Source: Octopus vulgaris (Eukaryota). From it: DNA of 64,000 bases. The position numbers and the translations under genes are program-made. Below the pieces are notes generated by a model. It was given only the letters and a program-made list of their open reading frames with translations, was not told the DNA's origin and did not search any database. Within the stretch, counting starts at the first letter, position 1. Each line of letters begins with the position of its first letter. The DNA lies in assembly GCA_951406725.2 (NCBI GenBank), contig OX597814.1, forward strand, positions 32,488,001 through 32,552,000, in the 5' to 3' direction. Of this stretch, positions 57,041 to 64,000 are shown in pieces.

Positions 57041-57506
57041 TACCGGTGAGGGTGTGTATTATTATGTACTGTGAAATCATCTATCTGCGTCTGTAAATTA
57101 AGCTTCCAATACAAAAGTATTAGGTAAAATTTTTATATGGAAGCCCAGTGATTTTCCATCTCTGCAAGTCTCTTCTCTCTGTTTCACCTATGTTATTTGA
57201 CGAGGAAAGGCAAGAGCCGATACAGCTTAGCATCAGTGTTCACAAACTGTGAAATGAACGTCGGATCTGTTTATTACAAAATCGTACATAAATGTATGAA
57301 CATACATGGAAATGAATGACAAGTAGGGATTCTCTTGGATCGAAACCTTGTGGGTAGATGCACATTATATGGATTGAATATATATAAATTTCTAACGTTA
57401 GGTCCAGCAGTGTCACGCAGCTTCACGCTAATTCTGCTTAACAAATACGTTAAGGTTATTCGTACCTATAATATGGTCATATATATAAAATTAATATGAA
57501 CAACAT

Positions 57507-57670
57507 AGGCGCAGGAGTGGCTGTGTTGTAAGTAGCTTATTTACCAACTACATGATTCCGGGTTCAGCCGCACTGCGTGGCATCTTGGGCAAATATATTC
57601 TACTATAGCATCGGGCCGACCAAAGCCTTGTGAGTAGATTTGGCTCACGGAAACTGAGAGAAGCCCGTCA
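57507..57670 (+). mobile_element. SINE family A, 5' half only, followed by (TATG)n/(TG)n
   Basis: taggcgcaggagtggctgtg...aagcccgtc; no 3' half after the microsatellite. Confidence 0.8.
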
Positions 57671-57821
57671 TGTATGTATGTATGTATGTATGTATGTATG
57701 TATGTATGTATGTATGTATGTATGTATGTATGTATGTATGTATGTATGTATGTATGTATGTATGTGTGTGTATGTGTGTGTGTGTGTGTGTGTATGTGTG
57801 TGTTTGTGTGTGTGTATGTAT

Positions 57822-58567
57822 AGTGTACATTTAACCACATAAGATGTATTCATCATAGGATTCCTTTCATGCTAGAAGGAACAGCTAAAGTCCAAACCAC
57901 TATTAGGAATAAAAACTCGAAGGGAATGAAAAATAAAAACATTTACCATCTATCTCCTGGACCATGGTTTCAGACATTTTTTTAGCAAATGAAATAATTT
58001 GCTAGGCGAAGTCTTCATCAACAGGTACGCCTAGATTAAACATGTACGAGGCAAATCCAGCATGTGCCTCTTGCTTATACATTATAATTTTTCAAATATA
58101 CCGCACCAGCGCAGTTTTTCGTCGGCAGCAAAGAAATACCGGCATTTCTTCGAGCAATTTTCCAGAAAAAATTATCAATAATTAATAATATCAGGGTAAT
58201 AAAGGTTTTAGAAAAGTTTAACTACCTGTGGCCTAGCGTGTAGAAAAATTAGTCAATAAACTATATATTATTCATATGAATACAGTGTACATTTAAACAC
58301 ATAAGAGGTATCCGTCATAGGATTCCTTTCACGCTAGAAAGAACAGCTAAAGTCCAAATCACTATTAGGGATAAAAACTCGAAGGGAATAAAAAATAAAA
58401 ACATTTACTACCTATCTCCTGGACCATGGTTTCAAACTTTCTTTAGCAAATATACTTTGCTAGGCGAAGTCTTCATCAATATGTACGCCTAGATTAAACA
58501 TATAAGTACGAGGCAAATCCAGCAGGTGCCTCTTGCTTACACATTATCATTTTTAAAATCCACCGCG
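57822..58567. repeat. ~285-bp direct repeat pair (period 462 bp)
   Basis: agtgtacattta...ccgc at 57822-58105 and 58284-58567, with scattered substitutions and small indels. Confidence 0.85.
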
Positions 58568-58965
58568 CAAGGAAAAATACCAAAAAGAAATTAATGGAAA
58601 TAAAAATAAAGAAACACCGTACTTAATCTAACATAAACTATCGACCCCTCTCGACTTTTAGGAAAGTAAACGAACACTCTAAGATAATAATGTCATAAAA
58701 TGATAAACATTAACAATTACTTATCCTTTGTGTCTAGTAACATTTCACTTCAAAGTAAAACGGTGACATATGGTCACTTCCTTAGCACAACAGAAGACCA
58801 ATATCTGTCATCCTATAGACCTCATTTTGTCTCTATTGTGTTATAGTCGCTGGCTTTATTCCAATTGCATTAAGATAGGCTGTTAAACAAACAAAACTTA
58901 CTTGCACGCTCCCTTATACACACACACACACACACACACACAGACACACACACACACACACACAC

Positions 58966-58997
<32 letters not shown>

Positions 58998-59002
<5 letters not shown>

Positions 59003-59299
59003 CACGTGACCGACCAGGCTATCAGATGTTGCTACACATCGCTGGTCACAATGCGCTTCGCATTGTTTTAGCCTTCAAATGACGCCACCCCGTTGGCTAA
59101 GCGAGCAGGCCAACAGAAGAAAGAGTGAGAGAAAGTTGTGGCGAAAGAGTACAGCACGGATCCCCCCCCCCCTGCCAGAGCGTCGTGGAGCTTTAGGTGT
59201 TTTCGCTTAATAAACACTCACAACGCCCGGTCTGGGAATCGAAACCGCGATCCTACGACCGCGAGTCCGCTGCCCTAACCACTAGGCCATTGCGCCTCC
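58998..59299 (-). mobile_element. SINE family C, tail type 2
   Basis: Reverse complement of 50859-51139, with a complete head and a (cacgt) tail end. Confidence 0.85.
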
Positions 59300-59314
59300 A
59301 CACACACACACACA

Positions 59315-59355
<41 letters not shown>

Positions 59356-59397
59356 CATTTATTCACACTGTATATACTGTATATATATATATATATA

Positions 59398-60275
59398 CAG
59401 GGTGCGATGGGTAACTTGTCGCTATTTTATATCTTTAATTTCGCGCATGTGCATTTTTAAAAATATTTTGTCAACTAAACACTTTGGTAGTGTCAGCTGG
59501 GCACTGTCTGTGAGAAAAAACAGCATCATGACGCAATTCATTCTGCCAGAAATTTAGAAACAGCGTGCTGTACTGCTTGACGTTCTCGCCGGAAGCTCCA
59601 GTACGAACAGATGCTGAACACATAAAGCAACCGTTGGCTTGCCGTGTCACCAAAACATGTACCGAGAGTGATAAAAATCAAACATCCAATCAAAATCATG
59701 GTATTTGGGGTGATCGCTATTGATGGAGATGTTATGCCTCCATTCATCTTCCCACGTGGCTTCAGACTCAACACGGAGGCCTACATCAAGTGCCTGGATG
59801 AGGTAGTGTTGTCCTGGGTCAAGAGAATGGCTGCTTGAAGATCCCATGTCTGACAACAGGACTCTGCAGTATGTCACACAAGCAGGAGAACAGAGTTATG
59901 AATGTCAGACAATTTCTATGACCACATCACCCCTAACATTTGGCCACCTAACTCCCCAGACTGCAACCCCTTTGATTATTAAGTGTGGTGGATGCAGTTG
60001 AGCGAGAGACCAACAAAACTCCTTGTAACACCAAATATGAACTGCAAGGATTACGGCAGCATTTACCAACTTAAACAAGAAAACCGCCCAGAAGAGTTGA
60101 AGGATATTCCGAAGTCGTCTGGAGGCTGTGGTTGAAGCCAATGGTGATATTATTAAATAAATTTACTCTTTAGTACTTCAAGATATTTTAATGTAATTTT
60201 GTTAAATATATCTGTTAAAATGAGATGTCAGTGTTATTTTCATTTTTGGGTAATTTAGACGACAATATTTTAGAC
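59398..60275 (+). mobile_element. maT / DD37D Tc1-mariner transposon relic
   Basis: Starts TA|cagggtg. Encodes KHPIKIMVFGVI...PPFIFPRGFRLNTEAY...QQDSA...WPPNSPDCNPFDY, with exactly 37 codons between the second and third catalytic Asp. Stops present; right TIR degenerate. Confidence 0.85.
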
Positions 60276-60281
60276 AATATA

Positions 60282-60838
60282 CAGGGGTTGGACAAAATAA
60301 TGGAAACACCTAGCATCATAGCATCATAAATGGGAAATATGTATAAAACCGCCAAAAGCTTGTTTATTTTTATGTTTTTTTTAAATTTATTTATTATTAG
60401 CGTCTTCTTTTCAGATATCATCAGAAAAGGGTAATGAAATTTCATTAAAATGACAGACCTATCGGACTTTCAAAGAGGTCAAATTGTTGGTGCTCGTTTG
60501 GCAGACACTAGAGTAACGAAAACAGCCGAAATGTTTGGTGTATCAAGAAGTACTGTCTCGAAAGTAATGACAGCCTTTAAGAAAGAGAGGAAAAACCTCC
60601 TCGTCGAAACAAAACTCCGGAAGAAAACCAAAACTTTCAGATAGGGATCGTCGGGCTCTTACGCGAATTGTTAGAAAGGATCACAAAAGTACAGCTCCCA
60701 AAATTACACAAGAGCCTAATGACCACCCCGAGTACCCAGTTTCCACAAAAACTGTTCGCCGGGAGCTGTACAAACCGGATTTCATGGGAGGGATTGCAAC
60801 CAGAAAACCACCACTTTAAAGAACAAACGTTGCAAACA
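60282..60838 (+). mobile_element. Tc1-like transposon, 5' part
   Basis: TA|caggggttggacaaaataatggaaacacc TIR; MTDLSDFQRGQIVGARLA...FGVSRSTVSKV, then frameshifted SGRKPKLSDRDRRALTRIV...VSTKTVRREL (paired-like HTH). Confidence 0.85.
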
Positions 60839-60961
60839 CTCGTTCCCTTGTTTATCCATTCATTTAGAAGTTTGAGCTCATGTTCGAAAAAGAAATGTAC
60901 TGTTATGGAGTAACTTTATAAGGTTTGTTCTTTCTGACCTACTTAGTTCTATATATTGTGA

Positions 60962-61353
60962 CTAGCAGTATCGCCCGGCGTTGCTCGGGTTTGTAAGGGA
61001 AATAACTATAAAGCATTTTTAGAGAGCTATAGCCCCAAAATAGCAAAAAATGCATTAAAAATGGAAAAAAATTATGGTAAATTTTTTTTTAAATCGTTGA
61101 CTCATCGTAGACATTTTTAGAGAATTACTTCCCTTTATTTAAAAAAATATGCATTAAAATGGAAAAAAATGATGGTAAATTATTTGTAAAATCGTAGACT
61201 CATCGTAGACGCGCGCTAATACCCAGAAGGGCTCGATATGAATCACGACTATAAGATAACCGGTTTTGGTTAAACTGCATCGCAAAATGTGGGAGTAGTT
61301 AGGAATCTAAATCGGAGTAGACAGACACACAACCTTTCTTTTATATATAAAGA
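60962..61353 (-). mobile_element. Non-autonomous Helitron (392 bp)
   Basis: On the minus strand it begins A|TC (tctttatatataaaag) and ends CTAG|T, with a subterminal GC-rich hairpin cccgagcaacgccggg 8 nt before CTAG. No TSD; contains an internal tandem duplication. Confidence 0.8.
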
Positions 61354-61702
61354 TATGTCCATTCATGTATAATAATGCTACTATGGAAGTACACGCAATA
61401 TTCATTCTATAGAATGGGTCTTGCAGAGACATATATGTAAAGTAGGACAACGGTTGTTTCACTTTTAAATAGATAAATGACACGTACAAATTTACACACG
61501 TACAAGTTGTTATGAAATTACATAATCTATATATAGAGAGCAATAAAATCATACGGATAATGATACTGAAAAACCTTCGGTAATTACATTTATAAGTAAA
61601 TAATGTTTGATATAATTAAATATCACGGGTTTCTTCCAAATTTCGAAAGCGTGCTTTAAATTCTTCCCATCCCTCTCTCTGTGGATATGTGGTAGGCATG
61701 TA

Positions 61703-61829
<127 letters not shown>

Positions 61830-62052
61830 CTGTGTGTATGTACGAACGTATGCATGCTGTCCGTTAAATTTTGTCGGTAAAAATATAAGAAAGAGAAAAT
61901 AAATGAATGAATAGTGAATGAATGAATGAAGGAAGGAATAAATGAAAGAATGAATTAATGAAAGGCAATAAGAAAGAAGACAGAAGAGGATTATTTACGG
62001 GCCCTACTGTCCTGAAATCCCTATTCTCGCAGAGAATTTCTTTTGGCTTACC

Positions 62053-62448
62053 CTTTTACTTGTTTCAGTCATTTGACTGCGGCCATGCTGGAGCACCGCC
62101 TTTAGTCGAGCAAATCGACCCCGGGACTTATTCTTTGTAAGCCCAGTACTTATTCTATCGGTCTCTTTTTGCCGAACCGTTAAATGACGGGGACGTAAGC
62201 ACACCAGCATTGTCAAGCAATGCTAGGGGTACAAACACAGACACACAAACACATATATATATATATATATACACACATATATACGACAGGCTTCTTTCAG
62301 TTTCCGTCTACCATATCCACCCACAAGGCATTGGTCGGCCCTGGGCTATAGCAGAAGACACTTGCCCAAGATACCACGCAGTGGGACTGAACCCGGAGCC
62401 ATGTGGTTGGTTAGCAAGCTACATACCACACAGCCACTCCTGCGCCTA
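62053..62448 (-). mobile_element. SINE family A
   Basis: Full-length reverse copy. Confidence 0.88.
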
Positions 62449-62946
62449 TGCAATAACGATTTTTAAAGATTCAAATAATCTGGAGCCCATTGTGCTGGTT
62501 GCTTTTAATACAGTTTGTGTTGGGCAAGTTCTTTTTTCCCAGTATTTGTTGATCCTGCATTCTTTTAAGTTTGCTCTCAATTCAACTTTTAATCTTTTTC
62601 CAGGGGCTCAAACACAAGTCCATAAGTCCATATTAGAAGATTACTCCTGGTTGACTAGAGTCAGACATTCTGACAGAGTATACTTCCCACACAGTGGATT
62701 TGTTGGAGATAGGTAAACAAACTGCATGTATTGGTACATGTCAGAACATTAGTCAATTTAGAGCCCTCGAGAGGATGCATTAGTCTAGAATAAGATACTA
62801 CGTGTGGGACTAAATGCTTTAGTAGGAGAAGACTATGCGATAAATTGTAAGAAGTTTAATTTGTTAAAGGTTTTGTTATATCATAATGTGAGAGTTATAA
62901 CTAGATAGATTGACAGACGCTAGGCAGATTGAGAGATATTTTTCTT

Positions 62947-63000
<54 letters not shown>

Positions 63001-63032
63001 CATCCATCCATCTATCTACCTATCTATCTATC

Positions 63033-63468
63033 TGAAAAGGAAAGTGAGAGTAGAGAGGCAAGTTTTGTCTAGCAAATGTTTCAAAAAAAGATGGGTGAAT
63101 GTAGCAAGGATGGCACTATGAATGACGAAGCCACCTTGAGCATAATCCTATGAACCCAGAAAAAATTTAAAACAGAGAGTTACTTACTTGCAAATAAATG
63201 TGTTAACATGTGACATTATTGACCGAGGTTACCATGGTCTTTCAGTAGGTTTTTCTTTCCACGGATAAACCTCATCTGTTTCCCACTTTACACTTTACAT
63301 CATGACATTTCTGTAATACACGATCCCTATTGATCGTTTTTTTTTACGATCCCTTTTGATCGAAAACCTACCCCCCATTTTTTCCTTTTTTTTTTCTCTC
63401 CAAAAGAAAAGCTCTACTTTGTAATTTGTACCCTCTGCGTTCAGCCCTGTGTGGCTAATAAAGAAACA

Positions 63469-63470
<2 letters not shown>
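63033..63470 (+). mobile_element. Probable 5'-truncated Tx1/L1-type LINE 3' end within (TATC)n
   Basis: KRKVRVERQVLSSKCFKKRWVNVARMAL* resembles the F-x3-W C-terminus of L1/Tx1 ORF2. A T-rich 3' UTR ends aataaagaaac. (TATC)n on both sides. Confidence 0.5.
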
Positions 63471-63560
<90 letters not shown>

Positions 63561-63568
63561 CATCTACA

Positions 63569-63620
<52 letters not shown>

Positions 63621-64000
63621 CTTCTGTCTTTCTGTCTTTCAGTCTTTCTGTCTGTCTGTATGCATGTATGTATGTCTGTCTATCTATTCATCTGTTGCCA
63701 TTTAACCGCACAGACATTGTCCTATTCTATACTCTAACCATGTCGCTTGAGATACACCAGTGCATTAGATAAATTAAGTGGTATTTGGCGTGTCTTTTAT
63801 AAAGGTTCTGCTCAAACAAATTTAGGATACTGTTAAACAACACCATTAAGCTAATTTAGAGATACATTGACACAACCTTAAAACCGAGACATTTTGTCCC
63901 CAAAACCTAGTTGATAGGATGTTATAAAACACCGATTTCTAGTTATCCATCGTCATAAAACATTTCACACTCTGTAGGCTTCCATTCAAGTCTGATACAG

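Noticed and set aside
57822-58567. TRIM / mini LTR retrotransposon
   Set aside because: No TGG-starting primer-binding site, no polypurine tract before the second repeat and no clear TSD.

Overview
AT-rich, microsatellite-saturated eukaryotic DNA, most likely from an octopus (inferred from the tRNA-derived SINE families, which resemble the octopus OK/OR-type SINEs as I recall them). I can support only one host coding segment: the terminal coding exon (45051-45645, +) of a KCTD1/KCTD15 (Tiwaz-like) BTB/POZ gene, followed by an AT-rich 3' UTR. I did not find its upstream coding exon, so much of 1-45050 is probably a very large intron. Everything else is repeat-derived: at least four SINE families; 3' ends of R4/Dong-type restriction-endonuclease LINEs sitting in (TAA)n; a probable Tx1/L1-type 3' end sitting in (TATC)n; RTE-clade LINE relics; mariner, maT (DD37D) and Tc1 relics; a mariner MITE; a non-autonomous Helitron; and Penelope-like fragments with decayed hammerhead motifs. 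Almost all listed ORFs are microsatellite artefacts. Best leads: a pre-miRNA-like hairpin at 37946-38002, a SINE flanked by a ~121-127 bp target-site-like duplication, a SINE/LINE shared 3' tail, and apparent sorting of retroelements by microsatellite motif. No prokaryotic system, CRISPR array or intact transposon is present. All family assignments come from motifs read by eye, not from database searches.
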